A stretch of 64,000 nt of DNA from a bacterium (GCA_037127815.1 JBAXXP010000001.1:232174-296173), one strand, 5' to 3'. Shown: positions 52,057 to 62,875, counted from the first letter of the stretch. Notes: generated by a model not told the origin, from the letters alone. Numbers and translations: made by a program.

Positions 52057-52938
52057 CTAGATCTTTATCCAACCAAGCGGAGTAACATCATTTGTATTTG
52101 CACGAGAGTCCTTAACCCATCTTTTTGGAGCTATTACAATCTTGTCTTTTTTTGGATTAAGCCATGCACCCCACCAACTAAAGGATGAGTTTGCTATAAT
52201 ATTGTGATTACAATATCCCATAAGAATAAGTTCCTCATGGTCTAAAATTTCTGGTCTTGAAACACAAACAAATGGTACATCTGTCTTTAGGTTCTCCTTA
52301 ACCCAGGATATATCATCTGAGAAGACAAATAAAACCAATTGCTTTCCACACAGCTTTGCTTGTAGGGTGGATATTGCTCTTTGATAATATGTCATATCAA
52401 GTGCACCATGATATGCCGCTGCATATTTATTTGTAGTATAATCACATCTTCTTATATGAACTGACGCGCTGACCCCACCGTTATCAGCAACTTGTTTTAT
52501 TCTATCTCTAAAAAGTTTTGCTTTCTCACCAAGTTTTTCTTTTAGAGTAAGGTCAGATCTTAATATGGTTTCAATATTAGAAAAATATTTTTCACTTTGC
52601 CAAAAACCCTCCACGTGTGAACCATCCTTAATGTCTAGATTTTCAGGTGTAAAGATATATCCATTATAAGGATTAGCTGTATTTTTTATCGCATTCTTTG
52701 CTTTTTCATACAATCTCTTGAAAAGACTAATATTGGAGTCATTAACATCATTTGATATTGACGCCTGCAGATTGAAGCAGTTTATTTGAAGCTCTCGTTC
52801 AGTGTCTATTTCTGACTGATTGTCATATCCAGATACGTCAAGAATAAGAGGGGTCTCCAGTTTTAGAGAAACAGCTCTACCGTATGCATATTGAAATAGC
52901 TGGTTTCCCAAACCGCCCTTTAATTTAACCGTTATCAT
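52057..52938 (-). CDS. Glycosyltransferase family 11 (alpha-1,2-fucosyltransferase-like)
   Basis: N-terminal GGLGNQLFQYAYG motif and C-terminal HxRRxD-like HIRRCDY. Confidence 0.75.
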   Translation of the reverse strand: MITVKLKGGLGNQLFQYAYGRAVSLKLETPLILDVSGYDNQSEIDTERELQINCFNLQASISNDVNDSNISLFKRLYEKAKNAIKNTANPYNGYIFTPENLDIKDGSHVEGFWQSEKYFSNIETILRSDLTLKEKLGEKAKLFRDRIKQVADNGGVSASVHIRRCDYTTNKYAAAYHGALDMTYYQRAISTLQAKLCGKQLVLFVFSDDISWVKENLKTDVPFVCVSRPEILDHEELILMGYCNHNIIANSSFSWWGAWLNPKKDKIVIAPKRWVKDSRANTNDVTPLGWIKI

Positions 52939-53053
52939 ATAATCTTAGTGTACGATTTTTAGCACTATTTTACAAATAGACAGATTGGCTAGTCTGTGTC
53001 TTTAAGCTTTTAATCCTGAAAATGGTAAACGACTATGATATACTTTTGCCATT

Positions 53054-55438
53054 ATGAATAAAACAAACAGTTCAATTTGCGAATTTTTGAAATACGCAAT
53101 AATCGGCCTAGTTTTTCTAGTGCCCTTCGCAGATTTAGTAATATCAGAGTCTCTATATTTCCCGTTTATAACAGGTAAGGGTTTTGTAGCCAGGGCAATA
53201 GTCCTAGTTATTGCTCTTCTTTATACATCTTTGGTTATCAGAGACAGAAGCTATTTACCTAAGAAAACGCCTGTTGTTTGGGCTGCAACAACTTTTATTT
53301 TGGTATTGCTAGCTTCAACAATAAACTCTATTGATCCATGGAAGAGTTTTTGGAGTAATCAAGAAAGAATGGAAGGTTTTGTCACACTAGCTGAAATGTT
53401 TGTTTTATTTATTGTATCAACTGGTGTTTTTTCAAATGTGTTTGCAAGAACCTCAAAAGAGAAAGGAATATCAACAGCTTCGCCTTCAGATTTTGGTGTT
53501 TGGAAATGGTTTTTAAATACAATGCTTGCACTCAGCGTTATTATGGGTATTTATGCATTCTCAAAAATGCAGAACGCTGATGATCGTATCTTTGGAACAT
53601 TGGGTAACTCTTCTTATTTGGGAGGTTACGCAATGGCGCATTTCTTCCTTGCAATGTATTTGGCGATAGACGTTATTAAAAGAATGTCATTATCTCTTAG
53701 AAAAATACCTGTTAAGGCTCGCGAGAATTTTATTTTCATTGATGTATTTCTTTCATTAATTTATGTTGCTGTAGGAATATTTAACCTTGCTGTGATGTAT
53801 CAAACAGGAACAAGAGGTTCTTTTGTTGGACTAGTAGCGGGGCTATTTATTACCGCCGTAATTTGGGCTATAGCTGAGAGAAAATTGCCAATATTTAGAT
53901 GGATTGGAATTGTGTCACTAGTTATAGTTGTGGCCATTGTTGCTTTCCTTGGAGTTAATAAAAATTCTAATTTTGTTAAAACTAACAATCAACTGAATAG
54001 ATTTGCTCAACTTATTACATGGGATGTAAGCAAGGTTCTGTCTGATCAAGGTCATTCAAGAACAATGCTTTGGAAAATGTCATACGAGGGTGTAAAAGAA
54101 AGACCGTTGTTAGGATGGGGACAAGATAATTTTCCTTATGTATTTGCAAAGTACTATGATCCAGCTATGTATGCACAAGAGTCATGGTTTGATAGAACTC
54201 ATGATGTATTCTTTGACTGGCTAATCGCAGCTGGATTTTTAGGCCTACTGTCATATTTGGCATTATTCTTGTCTGCGATATATACATTGTGGAAAAAAAT
54301 TAACGATGATTGGAGTGTGACAGAAAGGGCGGTGATTACCGGAATGCTTATTGCATACTTTGTTCACAATATATTTGTGTTCGACAACCTTGCAAGTTAC
54401 ATCTTCTTCTTCACAATTCTGGCGTTTATAAACACTCGTGGACAAGGGAATATTGAGTCAAAGAGTATTCCTTTGGTTAAAGGTAATTCTGTTTGGATTC
54501 TTGACGTTGTTGCTGTTATTTTAACTGGTTATGTAATATGGATTGCTGTTCTATCGCCATATAATTCAAGTGGACAGTTAATTCAATCTATGCAAGATAA
54601 GCAACAAACTCTTGTTGGTGGTAAGGCTCAGATAGTAGCAGCAGACCCTAAGGTTAGATTTGGACTAATTAAAGATGTTTTGAGTGCAAATAATCTAACT
54701 AGATCAGAAGCTCGCGAGAGATTGGTAGATATTTCTGTCGCAGCGATTACGCAGTCCGCAAAGACTGATCCAGCTTTTGCTAAAGAAGTTTATGATTATA
54801 CAGTGGATCAATACGGTAAAGAATTTGCTGCTTCAAAAATGGATCCAAGACCATACTTTTTCTATTCTATATTCCAACAAAAGCTTGGTATGAATGCAGG
54901 AGCGTTAGAGACAATTAAAAAAGCAGTGGATCTTTCTCCAACTAAGCAGTCATTCTTGTATACGGAAGGTCAATTGTTAATGACGTTAAACAGAAGAGAT
55001 GAAAGTACAGAAGTATTTAGAAAAGCTTACGAACTTGATAAAACAAACGTAGATGCTCTAAAGTATTATGCATATAGTCTAATAGAGAATAATAAAGCAG
55101 GGGACATAGATGCATTATTAAATGAACAAGTTAAGATTGACCCAACATTCAAAAATGATTCTGTTTGGGCTGATCCCATGGTCCTACAGGCGCTACTTGA
55201 TACAAAATCATTTGAAAAAGCAATTTCAATTGCAAAACAAAGAATCGTAAATAATCCGCAAGACATACAGGCTGTAATTTCACTATCTGCTATATATCTT
55301 AAGGCGGGTGATAGATATGCTTCTATAGAGGAACTAAAGAAAATAAAAGCACTTAAGCCTGAATATACAGCTGACGTTGATAAGTATATTAAGGATATAC
55401 AAGATGGAAAGGATCCTTCCTCACAACAGACTCAATAG
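53054..55438 (+). CDS. O-antigen-ligase (Wzy_C)-family polytopic membrane protein with C-terminal TPR repeats
   Basis: More than 10 TM helices, RTMLWKMSYEGVKERPLLGWGQDNFPYVF ligase loop, TPR-like C-terminus. Confidence 0.55.
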   Translation: MNKTNSSICEFLKYAIIGLVFLVPFADLVISESLYFPFITGKGFVARAIVLVIALLYTSLVIRDRSYLPKKTPVVWAATTFILVLLASTINSIDPWKSFWSNQERMEGFVTLAEMFVLFIVSTGVFSNVFARTSKEKGISTASPSDFGVWKWFLNTMLALSVIMGIYAFSKMQNADDRIFGTLGNSSYLGGYAMAHFFLAMYLAIDVIKRMSLSLRKIPVKARENFIFIDVFLSLIYVAVGIFNLAVMYQTGTRGSFVGLVAGLFITAVIWAIAERKLPIFRWIGIVSLVIVVAIVAFLGVNKNSNFVKTNNQLNRFAQLITWDVSKVLSDQGHSRTMLWKMSYEGVKERPLLGWGQDNFPYVFAKYYDPAMYAQESWFDRTHDVFFDWLIAAGFLGLLSYLALFLSAIYTLWKKINDDWSVTERAVITGMLIAYFVHNIFVFDNLASYIFFFTILAFINTRGQGNIESKSIPLVKGNSVWILDVVAVILTGYVIWIAVLSPYNSSGQLIQSMQDKQQTLVGGKAQIVAADPKVRFGLIKDVLSANNLTRSEARERLVDISVAAITQSAKTDPAFAKEVYDYTVDQYGKEFAASKMDPRPYFFYSIFQQKLGMNAGALETIKKAVDLSPTKQSFLYTEGQLLMTLNRRDESTEVFRKAYELDKTNVDALKYYAYSLIENNKAGDIDALLNEQVKIDPTFKNDSVWADPMVLQALLDTKSFEKAISIAKQRIVNNPQDIQAVISLSAIYLKAGDRYASIEELKKIKALKPEYTADVDKYIKDIQDGKDPSSQQTQ

Positions 55439-55514
55439 TAGGATGGATCTAGGTGAGGTAAAGTGAGATTGTACCAGCACGTCATTTCTCAATCGCACAA
55501 ATACCTAAATAAAC

Positions 55515-56552
55515 ATGACAATATTTTTTGGTCCGCACAGCTTAAGAAACAAAATTCACACACTAATGTCCAAAACCTGGCTTGGTGTGGTTTTTGAATT
55601 TACAATAATTATTTTTGCAATTATCGGACTTCTTTTTGCATCTGTTTTTGTAGGTATGCGATTTGGACTATTAAATGTTAAAGGCACAATAGATGAAAGA
55701 AATAAGTTTTTCATAGGTTCAGATACAGGTTCTACATCTACGTCCACGTCAATAGATTCAAATGCTCAAACAGGAGATTCAAGAGGTCTTAGTCCCGTGA
55801 GTATAAGTGATGAAAATACAAGATTAAATCTAGCTATAATTGGAAAGATAGAATCAGAGTTTAGAAAAAATATGACTGAGGTTAGAAAATCTATTTTTCC
55901 GGATATAAGTTTTGCATGGATAAATACAAGTGAATGGCAAACATTAACAGCGGCTCTGACAAAAGATAAAGAGGTGATTAAAAAAGCGGCTAATGACGCA
56001 TCTATTAGTCCACGTCTTTTAGTTGCTGTTGTTATCGCAGAGCAAATAAGATTTTTTACTTCTGACAGAGAAACATTTAAGAAGTTTTTTGAGCCTTTGA
56101 AAATACTAGGAACATTATCTCAGTTTTCACTAGGAGTTAGTGGTGTTAAACCAGATACTGCAAAGGCAATAGAAGATAATTTAAAAAACCCAAATTCTGA
56201 ATTTTATATTTCTAAAGAATATGAAAATCTTTTGGATTATGAGACTGTTCAGAATGATGCAGATAGGTATGCGCGCCTAACAGACAGTCACAATCATTAT
56301 TATTCTTATTTATATACAGCTTTGTTTATAAAAGAGATTGAATCACAATGGTCCAGAGCAGGCTATGATATCTCTAATAGACCAGAAATCATTTCAACAA
56401 TTTTTAATTTAGGTTTTTCAAAATCTATTCCTAAAAATAATCCTGAAGTTGCTGGTTCTGTAATAAACATTGGAGGAGAAAAAATTTCTTTTGGTAGATT
56501 GTCTTACGAGTTTTACTATTCAGGAGAGTTACTAGATATTTTTGGATTCTAA
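55515..56552 (+). CDS. Hypothetical membrane-anchored protein
   Basis: N-terminal TM helix; no motifs. Confidence 0.35.
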   Translation: MTIFFGPHSLRNKIHTLMSKTWLGVVFEFTIIIFAIIGLLFASVFVGMRFGLLNVKGTIDERNKFFIGSDTGSTSTSTSIDSNAQTGDSRGLSPVSISDENTRLNLAIIGKIESEFRKNMTEVRKSIFPDISFAWINTSEWQTLTAALTKDKEVIKKAANDASISPRLLVAVVIAEQIRFFTSDRETFKKFFEPLKILGTLSQFSLGVSGVKPDTAKAIEDNLKNPNSEFYISKEYENLLDYETVQNDADRYARLTDSHNHYYSYLYTALFIKEIESQWSRAGYDISNRPEIISTIFNLGFSKSIPKNNPEVAGSVINIGGEKISFGRLSYEFYYSGELLDIFGF

Positions 56553-56576
56553 TAATATTCTAACGCTTTGTAAATT

Positions 56577-56630
56577 AAAAAATAAATAAATAAAAAATAT
56601 TTTATAAAAATAAAAATAAAAATAAAAAAG
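56577..56630. repeat. Simple AT-rich microsatellite, (AAAAAT)/(AAAT) units
   Basis: AAAAATAAATAAATAAAAAATATTTTATAAAAATAAAAATAAAAATAAAAAAG. Confidence 0.6.
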
Positions 56631-56748
56631 TTATCCACAATTATTTTGTAAATAAAATTGTTATTAATTAAAAAATGTTAGATAATTAACTTAACTACAT
56701 GTGCATCGTCGGCGCGTGTAACATTAAAAAAATAATTTCAATAATAAT

Positions 56749-56892
56749 ATGGCAGCAAAAAAGAAAGTAGCAGCAAAGAAAGTAGTTAAGAAAGCTGTGA
56801 AGAAAGTAGTTAAGAAAGTTGCAAAGAAAGCTGTGAAGAAGGCAGTGAAGAAAGCAGCTCCAAAGAAGAAAGTTGCAGCAAAGAAGAAATAA
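56749..56892 (+). CDS. 47-aa Lys/Ala/Val-rich highly basic small protein (histone H1/Hc-like low-complexity); not in the ORF track because under 60 aa
   Basis: ATG at 56749 to TAA at 56890-56892, hand-translated as MAAKKKVAAKKVVKKAVKKVVKKVAKKAVKKAVKKAAPKKKVAAKKK; followed by terminator. Confidence 0.5.
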   Translation: MAAKKKVAAKKVVKKAVKKVVKKVAKKAVKKAVKKAAPKKKVAAKKK

Positions 56893-56922
56893 TCCAAAAG
56901 ATTTTTTCCACTTTAATAAGAA

Positions 56923-56950
56923 CCTCGCTTAGGCGGGGTTTTTATTTTGT
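56923..56950 (+). terminator. Rho-independent terminator
   Basis: CCTCGC-TTAG-GCGGGG stem followed by TTTTTATTTTG. Confidence 0.65.
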
Positions 56951-57050
56951 TTAAATATATTTATGTAAGAAGAAAGTAATTTACGCTCGGTATTCTCTTT
57001 CTTTTCTGTGGCCTTTATGAGGCGTCTATTTTGTGCTAAAATGGCCCTAT

Positions 57051-59633
57051 ATGAGTATTATATCTGATCTGTTTTCCATCTCTAAAAAGCAGGTGGCTAA
57101 GTATAGAAAAATCGTTGATATTATCAATGGATTTGAGCCTTCTATACAAGCCTTATCTGATGAGGAGTTAAAAGCAAAAACTGAGGAGTTTAGAAACCGT
57201 TTAAATGGCGGGGCTGTTTTGAATGACATTCTACCAGAGGCTTTTGCTGTTGTTAGAGAGGCTTCACACAGAACCCTTGGTCAACGCCATTATGATGTTC
57301 AGTTAATAGGAGGTCTAGTTCTTCACAATGGAAATATTGCAGAAATGAAAACTGGAGAAGGAAAGACTTTGATGGCAACACTAGCTGCGTACCTGAATGC
57401 AGTTTCAGGAAAAGGAGTTCATGTTGTAACTGTTAATGATTATCTTGCAAGAAGAGATGCTGCTTGGATGGGAGAAATTTATTATGCACTTGGATTATCT
57501 ACCGGTGTTGTTAATGAAGGGGAGTCTTACCTTTATGATCCAGCTGCTGTTGTAGAAAGATTAGGCGAAGAGGCAGAAGAAAAACTAGAGAAAAAAGAAG
57601 ATGAAGTCGGGGCATTTAAAATTGTCTATGAACTACTTAGACCAACAGACAAGAAGTCTGCGTACCTAGCTGATATAACTTATGGAACAAATAATCAATT
57701 TGGGTTTGACTATCTACGTGACAACCTAGAACAAAGACCAGATGATCTAAGACAAAGAGAATTTAATTATGCGATTGTTGACGAGGTTGACTCAATTTTG
57801 ATTGATGAATCAAGAACTCCCTTGATCATTGCATCTCCTTATGCTGATTCAGGAAACTTATATGTAACTTTTGCAGAACTATCAAAACATTTAGAAAAAG
57901 ATGTTCACTACGTTGTTGATGAAAAATTCAAAACAATATCTGTAACGGACGCTGGAATTGATGCTGCAGAGAAAAGCCTTGGAGTAACTAATATATATAG
58001 TGAGGGTGGTGTTAAGTATGTTCACCATATGGAAACCGCCATTAGAGCAAAGGCATTGTTCCATAGAGATGTTGATTACATAGTAAAGGATAATGAAGTT
58101 ATGATTGTTGATCCTTCAACAGGAAGACTTCAACCAGGTAGAAGATGGTCAGAGGGTTTACATCAAGCTATTGAAGCTAAGGAAGGAGTAGAAATTAAAA
58201 AAGAATCAAGAACTTATGCATCTATCACATTCCAAAACTATTTTAGAATGTATCCAAAGCTAGCTGGAATGACAGGAACTGGTCTTACAAGTCAGGAAGA
58301 GTTTTTGAAAGTCTATGGACTTGATGTTATTGAGGTTCCAACACATCGCGCAATTTCTCGTGTAGACAAAACCGATCTTATTTTTAGAACAGAAGCTGCA
58401 AAGTTTAGAGCTATTGCAAAAAAGATTAAAGAATTGAATCAAGTAGGACAGCCTGTTTTGGTTGGTACTGTTTCAATTGAAAAAAACCAATTGCTATCAG
58501 AGTTTCTAAAGAAAGAGGGAGTTCCTCATACATTACTAAATGCAAAACCAGAATTTGCAGAGAAAGAAGGAGAAACAGTGGCTCAGGCCGGAAAGAAGGG
58601 TGCTGTTACTATTGCAACAAACATGGCTGGACGTGGGGTTGATATTAAACTAGGAGGAGCACCGGGATCAAAGGATTTATATGAAGAAATAAAATCAGTT
58701 GGGGGGTTGTATATAATCGGAACAGAAAGACATGAAGCCAGAAGAATTGATAATCAATTAAGAGGAAGAGCTGGAAGACAAGGGGATCCAGGCGAAACTC
58801 AATTCTACGTTTCTTTTGAAGATGACTTGATGAGAATTTTTGCAAACGATTTTCTTAACAGTGCATTGGATAAATTGGGAATAGAAGAAGACCAACCGAT
58901 TGAAACAAGAATTGTGTCAAAACAACTTGAAAGTGCTCAAAGAAAGATTGAGGGTATTCACTTTGATTCCAGAAAACATACTCTTCAATATGACGATGTT
59001 TTAAATCAACAAAGAAGTAAGGTATATTCAAGAAGAAAGAGAATTGTTCTATCAACTCCCGAGGAAGTAGAAACAGAGCTTGCAATTTTCTTGACAACAT
59101 CAACAGACGAGGAAAAAATGGCAATAGAAAATAGACGTGCTCAATTTAAAGGACAAGCTATTGCAAATGGGTTTGCAGAAGCAGATGCTGAGAAACCTTT
59201 CTTGTATACTGCTAGAAATATAATTCTACAAACAATAGACCTGTTCTGGGTAGATCACCTAGAGATGATGGAGTACTTGCGTTCAAGTGTGTCGCTTAGA
59301 GCGTATGGACAAAGAGATCCTCTTGTTGAGTACAAAACTGAGGGACTAAGAATGTATAAGGATATGGAGCTTGGTGTTTCTGGAGAGATCACGAGACTGC
59401 TTCAATTGGTGAGTGGAGAAATAACAGTAAATAATACACCTGTAAAGACTGTTGGATTAAGAGCTGATAATACATTAGAGGATCAATCTCAATCTCAAGG
59501 AGTTTACTCTGGTGATGTATCAAATGCCGCAAACTTTGTTGCGTCTTCTGCTCATGGAGCTGATAAGGTTGGAAGAAATGATCCATGTCCATGCGGCTCT
59601 GGAAAGAAATACAAAAAATGTCACGGTCAATAG
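57051..59633 (+). CDS. secA: Preprotein translocase ATPase SecA (ATG at 57051; ORF-track start 57033 is an upstream GTG)
   Basis: MSIISDLFSISKKQVAKYRKIVDIIN N-terminus, DEAD-like motor motifs, C-terminal zinc finger CPCGSGKKYKKCHG. Confidence 0.9.
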   Translation: MSIISDLFSISKKQVAKYRKIVDIINGFEPSIQALSDEELKAKTEEFRNRLNGGAVLNDILPEAFAVVREASHRTLGQRHYDVQLIGGLVLHNGNIAEMKTGEGKTLMATLAAYLNAVSGKGVHVVTVNDYLARRDAAWMGEIYYALGLSTGVVNEGESYLYDPAAVVERLGEEAEEKLEKKEDEVGAFKIVYELLRPTDKKSAYLADITYGTNNQFGFDYLRDNLEQRPDDLRQREFNYAIVDEVDSILIDESRTPLIIASPYADSGNLYVTFAELSKHLEKDVHYVVDEKFKTISVTDAGIDAAEKSLGVTNIYSEGGVKYVHHMETAIRAKALFHRDVDYIVKDNEVMIVDPSTGRLQPGRRWSEGLHQAIEAKEGVEIKKESRTYASITFQNYFRMYPKLAGMTGTGLTSQEEFLKVYGLDVIEVPTHRAISRVDKTDLIFRTEAAKFRAIAKKIKELNQVGQPVLVGTVSIEKNQLLSEFLKKEGVPHTLLNAKPEFAEKEGETVAQAGKKGAVTIATNMAGRGVDIKLGGAPGSKDLYEEIKSVGGLYIIGTERHEARRIDNQLRGRAGRQGDPGETQFYVSFEDDLMRIFANDFLNSALDKLGIEEDQPIETRIVSKQLESAQRKIEGIHFDSRKHTLQYDDVLNQQRSKVYSRRKRIVLSTPEEVETELAIFLTTSTDEEKMAIENRRAQFKGQAIANGFAEADAEKPFLYTARNIILQTIDLFWVDHLEMMEYLRSSVSLRAYGQRDPLVEYKTEGLRMYKDMELGVSGEITRLLQLVSGEITVNNTPVKTVGLRADNTLEDQSQSQGVYSGDVSNAANFVASSAHGADKVGRNDPCPCGSGKKYKKCHGQ

Positions 59634-59643
59634 AGTTTCAAAC

Positions 59644-60594
59644 ATGTCTAAACGAGTAATAATTACAGGTGGTGCAGGCTTCATAGGTTCACATACTGTA
59701 GAAGAGTTTCTTTTACATGACTATGAGGTTGTTGTAATAGATAATTTGAGCTCAGGACTGAAAAAAAACCTAGAAAATGTTTCCGAAAAAATTAAATTTG
59801 TCGAAGGGGATATTCGCGACAAATCGTTGTTAACTGAAAATATAAGAAAAGGGGATATTGTGGTACATTTGGCTGGTTTTATATCTGTACCAGATAGCAT
59901 TCTAAGACCAGAGGAGTCACATGATATAAATGTAAATGGTACAAATACATTGTATGTTGTAGCAAAAGATATGGGTGCAAAGAGAGTTGTTACAGCTTCA
60001 TCTGCAGCAATATATGGCGAGCCGGAAATGATACCTCAAAATGAAAATAATAGTTTGAAATCTTTCTCTCCGTATGCGTTACATAAAACTATTATAGAAA
60101 AATATGCGGAATTATACTCTAGAATTTTTTGCGTAGAGCACGTAGCAATGAGATTTTTTAATGTATATGGTCCAAGGCAGGCATCATCAGGCGGTTACGC
60201 TGCTGTAATTCCAATATTCATGGAAAAAATTAAAAATGACATACCTGCTGAAATAAATGGCGATGGAAGTGCTGTGCGTGATTTTATATATGTTAAGGAT
60301 GTAGCGAGGGTTTTACGTCTTGCTGCTGAATTTGAAATGACTAAGGATGTTAGTAATTCTGCTGTTCCAGCTGTGCTTTTTAATTATTTCAATATAGCAA
60401 CAGGTAAACCATCAACTATAAATGAGCTTTGGTCTAATCTTTGTAAGATTATGGACAAGGATATACAGCCAATTTATAAACCATTTAGGATAGGGGATGT
60501 ACATACTAGTTTAGCGGATGTTTCAAAAGCAAAAGAGATGCTTAAGTTTGAGGCAGAGACATCTTTTTTTGATGGTTTGAAAAGTATGTTATAG
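59644..60594 (+). CDS. NAD-dependent epimerase/dehydratase (SDR; UDP-sugar 4-epimerase-like). Start placed at first ATG after the secA stop; the listed ORF extends upstream, overlapping secA
   Basis: RVIITGGAGFIGSH Rossmann motif, YxxxK (YALHKTI). Confidence 0.75.
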   Translation: MSKRVIITGGAGFIGSHTVEEFLLHDYEVVVIDNLSSGLKKNLENVSEKIKFVEGDIRDKSLLTENIRKGDIVVHLAGFISVPDSILRPEESHDINVNGTNTLYVVAKDMGAKRVVTASSAAIYGEPEMIPQNENNSLKSFSPYALHKTIIEKYAELYSRIFCVEHVAMRFFNVYGPRQASSGGYAAVIPIFMEKIKNDIPAEINGDGSAVRDFIYVKDVARVLRLAAEFEMTKDVSNSAVPAVLFNYFNIATGKPSTINELWSNLCKIMDKDIQPIYKPFRIGDVHTSLADVSKAKEMLKFEAETSFFDGLKSML

Positions 60595-60681
60595 AAACCC
60601 TTATTTAAATAACTCTAGGTTTGTTGGGTAGTTAATTGTGACGCAAGACCTAAAACTTTTTTTATTGTATAATATCAACAT

Positions 60682-61704
60682 ATGAACAATAAAAAACCAC
60701 AAATATTTTTTGGAGTAGCCTTAGCTATTGTCTTTGTGCTGTCAGCTTTGGTCCTCCTTCCTTTTTTAACAACATTGGTACTCGCTGTTATCTTATCAGT
60801 ACTGCTTAATCCTATATTTAAAAGAGTTACAAAACTATTTTTCAAGAATAAAACTATAGGAGCGTTAATGACTATTATTTTGTCATGTATTTTAATCTTC
60901 ATACCAATCGGCCTACTTTCATATCAGCTGTTTCTAGAGGCTCAAAGTGCATATAGTTCATTTGGAGCATCGGGGGCGTCAAATATCGTGACTCTGAATC
61001 AATCAATTAATGAGAACCTCAGATCAATGATACCAAGTATTGATGTTCATTTAGAAAAATATATTGGAGATTTGTATACATGGTTAATATCTAATCTAGG
61101 AAACCTGTTCTCTGGTACATTTGATATTTTCCTAAAGACTTTGATTATATTAGTATCAATGTTCTTCCTGTTGAAGGACGGGGAGTTTATTCAAAAGAAT
61201 ATAAAGGACATGATTCCAATTTCATCCGATGTTTATGATTACCTGGTCAAAAGCATGAAGGTAACAATAAATTCCGTGGTGTTTGGCTCTATTGCAATTG
61301 CCATTATTCAAGGAGTTTCATCGGGAATTGGATTCGCAATTTTTGGTATTCCTAATTCAACAATGTGGGGAACAGTAGCAGCAGCTGCTTCATTCATACC
61401 AGGCTTTGGTACTGGTATTCTCTTTGTGCCAATGATGTTGTATGCCTTTTTGTATGGTTCTCTTTTTCAAGTTTTCGGGTTATTATTATGGGCCATGATT
61501 TTTGTTAATGCTATTGAAACATTTTTGAGACCTATGATTATTCATAAGTCAGTCAATATTCATCCTCTGTTCATTATATTTTCAATACTTGGAGGAATTA
61601 GTTTCTTTGGACCAGTTGGTTCAATACTTGGTCCGCTAATTCTAGGTCTACTGTTTGCTATGATAAGGGTTTATAAAATGAAGGATATCTCAATCGCTAA
61701 ATAA
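60682..61704 (+). CDS. AI-2E family transporter-like membrane protein (second paralog in window)
   Basis: Polytopic; same architecture as 6933..8006. Confidence 0.55.
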   Translation: MNNKKPQIFFGVALAIVFVLSALVLLPFLTTLVLAVILSVLLNPIFKRVTKLFFKNKTIGALMTIILSCILIFIPIGLLSYQLFLEAQSAYSSFGASGASNIVTLNQSINENLRSMIPSIDVHLEKYIGDLYTWLISNLGNLFSGTFDIFLKTLIILVSMFFLLKDGEFIQKNIKDMIPISSDVYDYLVKSMKVTINSVVFGSIAIAIIQGVSSGIGFAIFGIPNSTMWGTVAAAASFIPGFGTGILFVPMMLYAFLYGSLFQVFGLLLWAMIFVNAIETFLRPMIIHKSVNIHPLFIIFSILGGISFFGPVGSILGPLILGLLFAMIRVYKMKDISIAK

Positions 61705-61706
61705 AA

Positions 61707-62813
61707 ATGATAAAAATACTAAAAAAAATAAAAAAAACATTAATACATAAAACAAAAAATATAGTTAATCTGGAAACAGGTAAGGCTGGAGGTCGCGATG
61801 CTAATCATATTTTAATTGCCACACACGGCTCTAATTTTCATCCAGATGATGTTTGTGCAACAGCGGCCGCGTTGCTATATTACGGAGTAGACAAGACAGG
61901 GTTGGGGAAATTTTTGCATGGCTTTAATGAGCTACAAGAAAAGCATAATGGAGAGTTTGTTAGGGTTGTTAGAACATTAGATAAAAAAGTAATGGACAAG
62001 GCTACTGTCCTAATGGATATAGGACGCGAGTATGATGAAAAAAGAAAGAGATTTGACCATCATCAAGAGGGTGGAGCAGGAAAGAGAGAAGACGGAACAC
62101 CCTACGCTTCATTTGGGCTGGTTTGGAAGAAGTTTGGTAAAAAAATAGTAGGTAATGCTGATGTTGCTGAATATGTAGACAAAATGTTCGTTAAACAAAT
62201 CGATGCAATGGATAATGGAATAAGTATTGCAAAAAGCATGTTCGCAGACGGTACCTCACCACTTCTTTTTGAGGACATAATTAGACTAGATTGTGACCTT
62301 GTCTTTGGATTAAACCTAGAACCTCAGGAGATGAATAAGGTTTTTGACAAGACTTTCTTTAAATTAGTACCTTTGGCCCAAAAGATGATTATAATGACAG
62401 CTCTCAAGGGTTATGCTATTGTGGAGGCTGACAAAAAGCTGGAGCAATTATACAATAAAGCCGTAGATAAAAGGGTGATAATTATGGACAAAAAGACACC
62501 TGTCAAGTTATCAAACTTCAAAGAGCCTTTGTTTATGGTATATCCTTCACTTAGGGGTGGTTGGAATGCCCAAGCTGTCAGAATAGGATCTGGGTCATAT
62601 GAGTCTAGAACTCACTTCCCAAAGAGCTGGGAAGCAAAGGATCCAGCTGATTTGCAAAAGATAACAGGCGTTCCGGATGCTACATTTTGTGCCTCAGGTA
62701 GATGGTTAGTTGCTGCTGGAAGCAAGGCTGGAGTCTTAAAACTCGTAGATCTAGCATTGAAAGAGATTGAGGCTGGTAGAGAAAAGGTTAAGATTGAGTT
62801 TGATCAAGAGTAG
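61707..62813 (+). CDS. MYG1/UPF0160-family metal-dependent hydrolase
   Basis: ILIATHGSNFHPDDVCATAAAL matches the THSGTFHADE signature. Confidence 0.55.
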   Translation: MIKILKKIKKTLIHKTKNIVNLETGKAGGRDANHILIATHGSNFHPDDVCATAAALLYYGVDKTGLGKFLHGFNELQEKHNGEFVRVVRTLDKKVMDKATVLMDIGREYDEKRKRFDHHQEGGAGKREDGTPYASFGLVWKKFGKKIVGNADVAEYVDKMFVKQIDAMDNGISIAKSMFADGTSPLLFEDIIRLDCDLVFGLNLEPQEMNKVFDKTFFKLVPLAQKMIIMTALKGYAIVEADKKLEQLYNKAVDKRVIIMDKKTPVKLSNFKEPLFMVYPSLRGGWNAQAVRIGSGSYESRTHFPKSWEAKDPADLQKITGVPDATFCASGRWLVAAGSKAGVLKLVDLALKEIEAGREKVKIEFDQE

Positions 62814-62875
62814 GTATATAGGGCTAGGTGCTATAGTAGGCCATCCCACTAAATTTAAATAATAACAAAAAATAT

